The position numbers and the translations under genes are program-made. Under the pieces are notes generated by a model. The model was not told where the DNA came from, made no database searches, and worked only from the letters and a program-made list of their open reading frames with translations. From Catajapyx aquilonaris (lineage: Eukaryota), in the NCBI GenBank assembly GCA_000934665.2, contig KZ537971.1:62001-126000 (forward strand): a DNA stretch of 64,000 bases, read 5' to 3'. Every line of letters begins with the position of its first letter. Within the stretch, counting starts at the first letter, position 1. This document shows positions 1 through 11,714 of this stretch, in pieces.

Positions 1-349
1 ACTTTGACATGGGAGTCGACTCAAGAAGGGGGGAAAAGAAGCTGACTTTTGACATGGACTGACTTTGAAACTGCATACGGAGTGTAAACCAAGCACAAAA
101 AATAAAGCAATGTTTTTTTCAACAAATTTTACAGCACAGGTTAGCAAGATAATATCAACACTTTCAGGTAATGGAAATATGTTGAAAAAGTCTGCAGGAA
201 AAAATCTAGAGGAAGTACACCCTTTATCAGATTTCTAATTACACATAAGATTGGAAACAAGCACTAAATTATGCTCTGATCGCTCTGATCCTAATTATTG
301 TTAAGAAAAATAAAATAATTTATAAATAACTACCCTGGTTAGTCGACTA

Positions 350-739
<390 letters not shown>

Positions 740-1085
740 TCAAAGAACATAACTGTTAATATCTCAACCCATATTCACACACTACATCTTGTAATAAATA
801 TATGGTATGAAGCTGGTTGCCATCCTCTACCAAGATTACAAAATTAAACACCGCTTAATAACATCCTGTTGTAGGAAAACATTAGTTGCAATGGCTAAGA
901 AGCATGCAAGTAATTTTTTTGTAAGATTTGGACTGAGATTCGCTGCCTCTCTTCCTCAAACTTCCACAATATCTGCATAGAGCAGGCCTCTAACATAAAT
1001 TTACATATGCCATTGCTAGTGTTGTCTCCTGTTTTGGTGCAAGACATTGAATGGAAGTCACCAATATTTGCATCAAGGCACTAAC

Positions 1086-1096
1086 GAGTCAGACAT
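1086..1096 (-). CDS. FoxK: Possible alternative first coding segment of FoxK (ATG TCT GAC TC, giving MSDS-CQESD...)
   Basis: ATGTCTGACTC|GTTAGT, also phase 2. Possible acceptor cctgcag| at 1114/1113. Confidence 0.3.
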
Positions 1097-1326
1097 CACA
1101 GGCCAACTGATGTCTGCAGGCAACATTGGGTGGTCCATACAATGTATGTAACTTGTGTATATGAAGCAGTGCCAAGCCACATGAACAGTGCAGGTGTGAA
1201 CCATTCAAAATTCCGACGGTCTTGCTTCCCAGGCAGGCAATGTTTACTTTTGCAACTTAGCTCTCCCCCACCCGCCCCCCTCCACCTGCCACCCTGCCCT
1301 CCCACCGTCTCCAAAACACCACTGAC

Positions 1327-1337
1327 CTTTCAGACAT
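1327..1337 (-). CDS. FoxK: Probable first coding segment of FoxK (ATG TCT GAA AG, giving MSER-CQESD...)
   Basis: ATGTCTGAAAG|GTCAGT has a good donor and is phase 2, matching the phase-2 acceptor at 728. It ends a GC-rich, 5'UTR-like stretch (~1340-1550). Confidence 0.6.
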
Positions 1338-1855
1338 GTCTCCTTGGTCCTCCTCCTCCTCCGTCCGGCCGGGTGTCTTCTTCCTGTGCGTGTGTGTGTG
1401 GGTCCTCCTGCACTCCTTTATCCTCCCCCGCTGCAAGAGAGAGAGCGTGTCGGTGCCGTGTGGCAGTCCTTCCCCCTGCGCTCGCAGCCCGCTGTCCCCT
1501 TGCCCTTGCCCGACCTGCCCTGGTTACCAGCGGCCACAGCACCTCCTACTCCCTAGGCCTACCATGAGGCCTCAGACACAACACAAACCCACTGAGCCCC
1601 TCCCCTCACCCCNACTTCGGATTCCGTTCGGACCCCCCTACTCCTCACCTCCCCCCACCTTACCCAACTCCCCCCCACTAGTGCACATCAACAAGACGAC
1701 TGGAAGGAAGGGGTCGACTGGGGGACTGAGGGGTGGGGATTTATAAACACAGCAATATACAGGAAAAATACAAACAGGAGGCAGGCAGGCAGGGGGTCGG
1801 ACAAACAGGGGGTGGGAAATACGGTGGATAATAATAATAAAAAAGAAAAAATAAC

Positions 1856-2023
1856 CTGCGGTCTACGCCATTTCCAGGGAGCAACCGAAAGAGGGCTGCG
1901 TGACGTCACTGGACAGTTACATCACGCACGAGGGTACGGTCATGGGGGGAGACATCTTTCATCTAGTAATATCACTATGAGTATCGATATCACATCTCAT
2001 GGACCCTCGCACGGATATCGATA
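1856..2023 (-). promoter_or_regulatory. Putative FoxK core promoter and first non-coding exon (two DRE, one CRE, one YY1-like motif)
   Basis: TATCGATA (DRE/DREF site) at 1982-1989 and 2016-2023; TGACGTCA at 1901-1908; AAATGGCG on the minus strand at ~1866-1873; candidate donor CAG|GTTATT at 1856/1855. Confidence 0.55.
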
Positions 2024-2166
2024 TTCCATACACATACAACCTACTACAGTACTGTAGATCGGGAAATAAATAGCGCTCTATTGTGGCTACATGCTATTAA
2101 ATATTCAAAAATTACGGGGGGAAACCCCACTGATGCGCCAATCATTTTTCTCAATAATTTAAGTAG

Positions 2167-2577
2167 GGGGCCGTCCATAATCCGCGCGGACAGATTTTGT
2201 CACTTTTTTACCTCCCCCCCTCCCCTTTGCGGACAGAAGCGGACAATTTCTTACCTCCCCCCCTAAAAATTGCGCGGACATGGCCTCCTTGACCCCCCCC
2301 CCCCTGCCCCCACTTCGCCACACTGAAAGTGTTATTTTCAATATATTGGTATTTTTTATTTTTTGATATCTACACACAAATTCCTTTTTTCAGAGGCATT
2401 ACGGTATATTTGAGAGGTCTGACTAAAAAAAACGGCCGAGTCCTTAATATTCATTTGACGTTTATTGTCCGCGCGTACAACTGACTTCTACCCCCACCCC
2501 CCTATACGGACAAAAGCGGACAAAGTGCAACCCCCCTCCCCCCCCCTCACTTGTCCGCGCGGATTATGGACGGCCCC
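2167..2577. mobile_element. Non-autonomous PIF/Harbinger-like (Tourist-type) MITE
   Basis: Perfect 26-bp TIRs GGGGCCGTCCATAATCCGCGCGGACA (2167-2192 and 2552-2577), 3-bp TAG target-site duplication (2164-2166, 2578-2580), internal GCGGACA repeats, no ORF. Confidence 0.85.
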
Positions 2578-5500
2578 TAGACTATACTGTGTATGCCATG
2601 AGCAAGGACGTGGTGGTAAGCTGTGTAGGCCTACCGGTTGTGTAGTATGCAGTTCAACGAGTTAAAAAAACCGATAACTGAAGCATAACTCATGTTACGA
2701 TCTACAAACTGCGCTGTAATATTTTCAATCAAGGATGTGTTGAATCTCTCGCACGCAGTTGGCCTTTCAGAAGCTAGATGGCGGGATGGGCCACAAAATC
2801 TGCGCCTCACCAGCCCGTATCTTGCAATACGGTATCGCCACCGTACACCGTTCTTCCAAACAAGACAATGCAATGCAGCATTTCACATTGCTATTTTGCA
2901 GCACACCGCACCCGCCACTATCTTCCTGCACCGAAATTTTCCCCCGAATTTCCCTTCCCCTGGGTCCTAAAGGGAAATTCCGCTTTGAAGTATAGGCCTA
3001 CCCCTAAATTCCCCGAGTGACTTTTTCCCCCCACTTTTGGCCCGTGGCTAGCTCGCGGTTATTCTAAGCCTATTTGCAGTGGTCACGAGTTTGTAAATCG
3101 TTCCGGATTCCAACCCGGAATGTACATCCCGGTCCATCCCAGGCTTTTTCCACCCATGATGTCATTACTCCTGCGTACTATTCTTTCATTTGCATAACCG
3201 CACTAATGAGCTGACGCGCCTGCTACTGAATGGATTGATTAACGCCCGGGTTTGCTCCCAAGCGCTCTGTTTACTTGTTATTATACAAGGGTGCTAAAGC
3301 AGTAATGGTCCTCTATATTATATTCACGCCTGCTTAAAAAAGCGAGAATAAATCCACCAGTCACGTACACAATCTCCGAATTTCATCGGCCCAGAGATGG
3401 AACTTGTGAACGAAAAGAACGGATTACGTATAAAATTCCGATAGGTTCTGGGGACCTGTTTTCCATAAACATTTACAGACCGGTACGACTTCCAGCTCCG
3501 ACTTTGCCTTTTTTCCGCACTACCGAAGCGCTTATAAATAATTCTTCTATGGGGGACAGATGCACCCTTTTTTCCAATAAATATTAATGCGCGTGGGAGG
3601 AAGACACGGACCGACTCTAGAGTGAATAAATTTTTGGTGGGTCCCTCCGTTTTCGTTTCTAACAGTAAACTACTTTGGAGGTTTAATATGCGGACTCGGG
3701 AGATAATCAATGGGTCCCGGGCTTCCAAAATCCCAGGCCTTGCCTTAAAACTTTATTTTTCACGTTCTATTTCTGTTTGCGAATTGATTCAATCGCTGCC
3801 GCTAGCTAGAGTACTTTTTTTTCCATTTTGCTAAAAAAAAAAAAAAAACTTGGAAGTTTTCTGCTCAAAAGGGCAACACCGCTCCCTTGTTAGCATGCCT
3901 GAATGGTTGGATCAATTTGCACTTTGAAAATAAACTTTCTGGACTCTGCACTCGTAAATCAATGAGTGCACTAGAATTCCTTTATGCCGACTCGGGCTAA
4001 TTACATCGGGTGAAAAACTAACAAGATTGCAGTGCTGGTCGCATTGGCCAATAGCGTAAATGATTTAAGCATATGACCGCTGCTAAATCAATGAGTGCTC
4101 TTAATAGGGGTTGCTTGTATGGCTGTCGATTGGCTGTTGTGTACCTTAAATCAGCAATAAGGTGAAGTTGTCAGACTGTGATTGAAAGTGCTCCCGGTAT
4201 CAAACTAACCCTGGGAGCAAGTCCACACCTCAACCATCCCTATACCTTCACTTTGCTTTTCATCCAGGCTTTTAATTAACGCCCAGAGATTACCTTTTAG
4301 CCGGATCTGCTGGCGGCGCCTGCAAGCTGCCAATCTCCATGCAATTCATCCATCCAGGCAAAACTACCGCAGCTCCAGAACCGATCCAAGTGCTCCTGGA
4401 TGGCCTATATATACCCAACTCCTCCACTCTGCTCATTAGCGACTGAACACAGTTTCATCATCAGGGAGATGGGTGGAAAAAAAAAATTGTAGCGTTGGCT
4501 GGATGCGGTTTGGCTGGCAGATTGCAAATTAATGTCACACATTTTCGCCAATGCAGGGTTGGCACCCTGGCATCATCGGTTGGACGCTACAAAAGACAGG
4601 GCCCGTTTGGAGACATTCAAATCCTCTTAAGCGCTGGTACTTGTCATTTTAGTGTTCATTCCGCGTCCCTGTTTGGAAGCCTACACCCGCACGTGCCTGC
4701 AAAACCGCAGGCCCGTGAAATCAATGAAAGGCGTGAATTTGGTTGGTGACAAAACCCAACCCGTAGCACTCATTTGCTCCTCTGCAGTTGAAAGGAGGTC
4801 TCTTGGGGCCCACAATGACTGGGGGGTGCTTGGACCAACTTGTGTTGGCCGATGGTTATATGACGACGGACTGGCAGCAGGGACCTATTGTGTCTGTATC
4901 TCTTCCTGCCAGGTGAGATATAAAGGGCCATATACCTGCAAGCTTCTATCGAGTCCATCTCTACTGGGTATTCAAACTCGTGGGAACACTTATTTTTTGG
5001 TAGCGCATTTAAGATCCGATAGCATGCTGTACACCGTGCTCTTTTCCTAATGTACTTGAGTGCGTTGCCTTCCGGCGCCTCAGTAATTGCCCTGCCATCT
5101 GACGCAAGTACATAAAATGGACAATTCTGTTGGCTAGGGGTGGGTGGGGCGGGTGAGTTTAAAACAGGCCAGCGAAGAACATCATCCCGGCAGCCAGCTC
5201 TTCTCCGGGCCATTTTTTTATGCGAAACAAATCCGAGGAAAGAGCCGTAAAAAGCCCAATCCCCACCGCCATATTCCCAAAACCACATTTGCTTTTATTC
5301 TCTTTGGCGTCTCCTCCTCCACCCCCTTCAAGGCATCCCCCCTTTTTCCTTTTTCTTAGTACCCCCCACCACGTTCCCCGCACCCTTCCTTCGTAATGAA
5401 GAAACTTTACCAACAACCATTCCCTCCGCACCAGAAGCCTCCACCACCTCCATCTCAGAGCATGAATAACACCCATAAATAGGGGGGCTTAATGTAAGCA

Positions 5501-8500
5501 AAGTATACACGTAGAATCTCACCACCATGCCCTCCTTTTCCCTAATCCTTATTCCTTTTTTTTTTTTTACTTCGACCAACGCAATGGTCTCTTATTAATT
5601 ACCCCTTCCCCCCACCATCTTGCCTCCTCCCCAAACCTTCCCACAACAACGTCCTAGTTTAGAATTTAGTGAAGTGCTTGCTTGGTTATCAAAGTTATGA
5701 AGTTGTAAAATCTTTAATGACGCTGCTTTTGGGAATAGAGGAGAAAGAAGATGAGGGGGGTGGTTGGAAGGTGGGGGAAAATTCTTGTTGTGCATAATGG
5801 GTAGATATAGAGTGAGTTATTGTGGTCCGGGTCACTCTTATTTATGTACTTTTGCAGGTCTCCTTCGAGAGTCTTAAAAGGTGTTATCTAGGACGCTAAG
5901 TGGAACGCGAACGTTAATTTCTCCGATAGGCCATGTGGAGTCTACAGAGAAGAATCCAGCTGTGTTAAAGCCTGGCCGGCAGGGGTTGCTGGCATACCCA
6001 ACTTTTATTGCCATGTTGACCGTCGGAATCCGATCTCTCGCCGCGACATTAAACAGCGACAAAAGGACGCGAGTTCCCAATTGGGACGACTGATTTTTTT
6101 CTCTCCTTTTTTTTAGCCTACAAGAGGGGAGTGAAAACATTCCAATCTCGGTTGAAAAGGGTTTTGCACGGTGCTGCCGGCCCTTTTCCTTCCTGATTGG
6201 ATTGGTAGAATGTGCTTCCGACGTTGGGATTTCCCCTAGCCAGTAGCCAGACCTTAGGACTCACCCTATACGTCTCGGGGTGTATCCCCCATAGTGTAGT
6301 GGCGGGAGTGGCCTTTCGACCCCAATTGGCCTTGTTGTGAAGTTTCCGATTCCTTTTCCTCCGGTTTCTACTGCTTCCAATTTGCTCAAATAATGCGCTT
6401 CCTCTGCCGAACCTTATAGACACAATTTAAGGTCACGAGGCGGTCGATGTCGTCACGAGAGATGGTAACAGCAAAGGAAAAAAATGGAACCAGTCTGGAA
6501 TTGAAAGGGAAAAAAAACATTCGGCAGGACAAATATTTTAAATATTATGCAAATTTTTATGCAGGTATTACGACGTACTCGGCCTCATTTCCATTAAGTT
6601 CGTAGTAGGGCAAAAAAAATCATTGTTATCTCACGCGAGAAAGGATTTTCACATTTTAAAAAAGAGCGGCAGTGGTAAGCCTACTCGTGGTGAACCAGTA
6701 CGTTAGTTTTCACTGAATATTAGGAAACATGTAATTTGTGCAGTGGAAGTAGCCGAAATATTGCAGGCCTACGAGCTTTCTAAACCTGCAAGTTATGGAC
6801 TCAGACTGATTCTATTCTCTTATTTACTGTATATCAAAATGTTGATGTTACTATTACAAAAAAGTTCATCTAAAACTCCTCATTACTGATCTGTACAGTA
6901 CAGTGCAAATGTTAAAACCGATTTGTGGTTTTAAAAAGAAATGCAGTAAACTCACTTGTCACAAATGCGTGTAATGCATCGGGGTGTAACATACGTAGGC
7001 TACTGCAAATCGTAAATTCGTTGCTGCTCTACAGCCTGTAAATATATTTGGTTGAACATGCACTGATACGCTCATTACACCTAATAAATTGAGATGTCAC
7101 GAAGGTGTCAGTGACGTCACAATAGAACATTGTATTTCAATTACCCTCATTGCCCCATCAAATTCCGCTGTAATTATATGCAAATCACATCCTCACCTGT
7201 TGTATATACATAAGAGAATTCACAAGTTTCAAACTTTAAAACATCGTTTCAATATTATACTGTAAAAACTTTAAACTTTGATGAGTTATGCACAATTAAA
7301 ACAGAAATACGGGTGGCTGGAAAAGCAAACAGAACTGGAAGAGTTACGTTGGCAGCGCATGAAGCCATTTTTAACGTTAAATGGAAATATATGTAAAATT
7401 AATATAATGACACGAGGTCACATAACAAGGGCAAAATAATGTGTCATTATTAATATTGGTGCTTGTTAATGCGTCGGAACTGTTTGATGCCAATTAATAA
7501 ATGGACCATCATTTATAGGTACCTATTTACTTATTTTGTTGTTCAACCTCCAGCTTTGCGAAATGGCAGACCAGAAAATATGAATATACCCATCCCAAAA
7601 AAATGCGATCATCATCACAACGAAAATACCGATTGGAAACAAATTGAGCGAAAGGCTGTAAATCCCAGGCATCAAGAGACCGTACAAAATGCATGCGTTG
7701 AGAGGCTAAAAAATCGAGCTGCCAATAAGTTATCGACTGACATTGGCAGCTAATCCGCAACAAAAGCCACATCGGCCGGGAAGGTCTTGGAAGAATCACA
7801 AATAAATCCCCGCCCCTTTCACACAAGGATGACTCCAGAGGATAAATCTTATCCGGCGAGGGCTGTTGGGCCTTCTCATCCGTGCCAAAAACCCACCCTA
7901 GGGACCACCAACCAAACCTATTTTTTGAGGGAGGAAGAAGAGGGGAGATTGGTGGTGGGGAGTGCGGATTGCTGCCATCCCCCAATTTCTAACAACAAGT
8001 CATAAAAGAGGAGGCAAGAATGGGATTTATAACGATTGGCCATTTCCTGGGACGATTCCCTTTCCGCTCCATCGAACCTTCCTTCTGCCATTTGTTTTAA
8101 AGCCATCTTCTCTATGCCGTCCGTACAATGCGGCAAAGATGACGGTAACAACCAGATGGTCTCTGCCGGCCAGTCACGTCTGTAAAAACGGGGCTTTTCA
8201 ATTATTATGTCCGGCTTGGAAGCGCAGCAGCCACCGGGGGTCATCTAGACGTCTGGTTCTCTTATTGGCTCCATTGCAGCCTTTGGCGCAATACTGGCCA
8301 ACGAACTGCTGTGTAACTGTCACTTGCCAGCTTGTCCTATTGCATCGGCTGATGCAGCAGACGTGTCAATAAGTCGCTGTGTCAGCACGGAGATATTTAC
8401 GGGGCAGAGAGAGCTACCTGCTGAAAGAGTTATGGATGCTGTAAAATAACATTGGTTGGAATAACATGCCTGACAGGTGTGGTCCAGCGGAGACTTGGGC

Positions 8501-11421
8501 TGGCCCAGAATGGGACATCGGTCGTAATATGCTACTGATGGACAAGCAAACTCAGAACGGAACTTCTGGAAACAAACGCCATTTTGTGCAGTTTTATTAA
8601 AAACAACTGAAATCTCGTGTTGCCATTACCGTTGTATAACCAGCTGTCTTCCTACCCAGCATGCAATGTAAAGCACTGTACAAACAATGCGCTGTTTAAA
8701 ATAAAAAACTGTTTAGAAGTCAACATAAAAACAAGGACAAAAATGAATAACTGAAATAACGAGCGCCTCATCTTCCATTTTAAGAGTCCCAATCTTCGTA
8801 ACACTATTATTGCTTCTCAGGTCGTATTCGTATATAAACAACAGTTTTTTTTGATACAATTTCTTCTTTCAAATTTTGGATACACGACAGGGAGACCAAC
8901 AATGCCTGATCACTTCGTTCACTCAATCGTTTCTTTATTTGTTTACTTATTTATTTATTTATTCTTAAAACATCCTTCCACCTTCACACTATAGTAGCAA
9001 TCTGAAAGTGGGGGCAACAGTTTGATTGCATTCCCTATCAATCTATCAATTGAGCCATCGGGCCACTGCCGAAAAGGGTAGAAAGGGAGGGGAAACAAAA
9101 ACATCTCCCCTTCCTTGCCCTCCATGGAGATTACAATTATCATAATGCAACAACAAGGTCCTCCCGAGGAACAAAACTCCTGACACTTCCTCCTGGTCGG
9201 ATGTTTTTTTCTCTTCAAAAAAGTTCCATCCTCGCACCACGATTTTATACACACTATAATAGTAGTAATAGTTAGTATTAATAGTAATAACATACCATGT
9301 ATCTGCCTCGGTTCTGAACGTGTGTGAGAAACTATACAGGGCGATGTGCTTCTTAAAAGTGCATACAAACAGCCAACCACGTGTGATAGAATGATAGTCA
9401 GGAAAATATAAGTCAAAACTAGAGATGCCAATCTGGCGCTTTCGAAAAATCTCAACTTTTTTTTCTCTTTCAAATGGAGTCGGATTAAGGAGTACTGTCA
9501 GATATAAAAAGTTTCTAGCCAGCAATTTTTGAGCCCGTAGTTTGTAACCAATTATGACAGTCTTATCGAAAGGCCTGAGATACATAAGCGAACGCACTTG
9601 CGTTCATTGCCAGCATTTTTCCAAGAGCGTAAAAGTCGACGGTTGGAAATCCAAAAGAAAAGTATGGATTGGCATCCCACGTGAAAACAATTTTTCGGCA
9701 CAGCTACGGGGTGGTACTCACTCTAAAAAAGCTTTTGCAATGCCCGGAAAAGCAGGCGAGAATCCCTTGGGCATTGAAATTCACGTTGTTCCTCAGTGAA
9801 AACAAGGGTGGGAAAAGAGTATAGGAAACAAAAACTGGGTGAAATCATACGAGTATCGCTTAATCTGTTTAAAAGGGTGCAGTGCGTGTGTGTATTTTTG
9901 CTCGAATGACGCGCGACCCTTGACTCTCATTGCGGGAGGTGATCTTTTTGTGTGTTTTTCAAAGGGCCTACTGTAGTATACGGACTGCCACACAGAATAA
10001 CACACGCACACATACACACTGGTCCCACATGATGGGGCTCGGAAAAGTGCCTGTCATAAGCGGATGATCCATAATGGCCTGCGGTTGGTGATACGTGTAA
10101 TGAATATTCGTCGACCAGGTTTACTAGTAGTGATCACCCTGTAAGTGTCATGACAGCGTCAACAGCTGAACCAAAATAGTTTTTTTTTGTTAGAAAACAG
10201 AGTAGAAGCGTCAGCACAAATACGGTACTCTCTTCATCGCACTACTATCGTTATCAATGTATCAAAAGTACCCATGATTGCTGGCAGTACGTTTCAGGTG
10301 TAGGAATGAAAGTGTTCGGTCTTACAAAAGAACATCCAGTGAGATCTCTCTTTTTTTTGATTGTTGAGTCTTGCTTGGCTTACATTCTACAAGTAGCGCC
10401 CATTCTACTCTGCGCGCCCATTTTTTGTTTTCACTTTTATCTAAGTTTTCTATTTTGTTAAAAAAATGGAAAAGGGGGCAGGGTGCAAATCGGCGCCCGC
10501 CCCATTTTCTTTTGTGGAGGATGGTAATAAGCTCCTTGTGAGCTGAAGTGATTTACGTTCATCTCTGAAATAGAGAGTGAGAGAGATAGATAGAAAAAAA
10601 AGAGGATAGGTTGGGTCAAAATGGAGCAAGCTTATATGCCATCCTCCGATAACATTTTTTTGGCAAGTAATGAATGATTGCTTTGGCTTCAGTCCTGGAG
10701 AGAGCCAGAGAGTGAGACAGGTTGCACGGACGACAAACAACAGTCCCCCCACCCCCCCTTTTTCCCCCTCACATGAGTTCGACCTGCGGGATAATTGAAT
10801 TTTTTTTCTCCGAACATTTTGATTGTGGTCAACTCTCCTTTTGATCTTCTCTCCTGCGACCGCACTCGAAACGAGATGAAGGCAAAATGCGGGAGAACGG
10901 AAATCCCGTGCAACACAGTTCACTTCCATCTCCCCAGGAAAACCGACCAAAAAGGTGGGTGGGTGGGGTAGGTGGATGACGGGGAAAAAGGGGGGGTTAG
11001 TGGTTCCACCCCACTCACTCATGGGGGTCAACACTGTCCGCTTCATTTCGTCCAAAACGACCCTTTGGGGGTTCCCAACCATCAATCCGGAGTAAAGCTG
11101 ATGCGGGTTCCAAATGGTAGCGGTAAAACGGGGAATTTTGGGCACGAGTTCGCCACTTTCTGACATCATGGCAACCTCCTCCTGTGTGTTCTTTCAACAT
11201 CCCTCAGGTGTGTTTACTTGAAGAAGAAAAAAAACAAGGCCTGAGACACATTCCGCGCACACACGCACTCCAACCCGCACATATTTCATGTTTGTGTGCA
11301 AGTGCACCCCGCAGTATACCAGCGATGTGCCCAATCAACAGTACATTTGAGCTGCCGCCTTGACGCCATCACCGCAAGAGTCCTCTCCCTCCTGCCAGAA
11401 TGGCGGCGGCCACTTGTGCCA

Positions 11422-11475
11422 TCAAACGGTGGTCTCCCTGTCCACCTGGATGTACTCGACGGAGTGTGCGTTGTG
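11422..11475 (-). CDS. Candidate stop-codon readthrough extension HNAHSVEYIQVDRETTV*
   Basis: In frame after UGA-C; 15 of 17 codons end in G/C; ends in class I PDZ ligand ETTV; second UGA at 11424-11422. Confidence 0.6.
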   Translation of the reverse strand, partial: HNAHSVEYIQVDRETTV

Positions 11476-11714
11476 TCAGGAGATGGCCTCTTTGGGGTCG
11501 ATCAGCAGCTCTTCGGTGGGTACCCGTCGCTCCGCTTTTCCGATGCGCCCACGCCCGATCCCGCCGCTGTCCGCGCGGCGTCGCCTCCGACGGCGCCGAC
11601 ATGCCGCGGCTCCCAGGCACACCACCGCCAGAAGACCCGCGCCCGCCCCACCCACATACACGTAGAACAGGGGCAGGAAGAAGCGCGCGCAGTTCGTCTC
11701 TGCCTCGTCGAAAC
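11476..11714 (-). CDS. CUB/LDLa membrane protein, coding exon 8 (end of LDLa, TM helix, polybasic stop-transfer, tail; first stop UGA 11478-11476)
   Basis: Acceptor acgacag|GT at 11715/11714, phase 1. Translation GFDEAETNCARFFLPLFYVYVGGAGAGLLAVVCLGAAAC-RRRRRRRR-ADSGG...LLIDPKEAIS*. Confidence 0.88.

Noticed and set aside
10450..11169. 239-aa minus-strand ORF downstream of the CUB/LDLa stop
   Set aside because: Runs through homopolymer-rich, 3'UTR-like sequence; no domain similarity.
11476..11478. Selenocysteine recoding of the UGA
   Set aside because: No SECIS-like AUGA/AA/GA kink-turn hairpin was evident by eye and the context is not redox-like; a SECISearch run would settle it.
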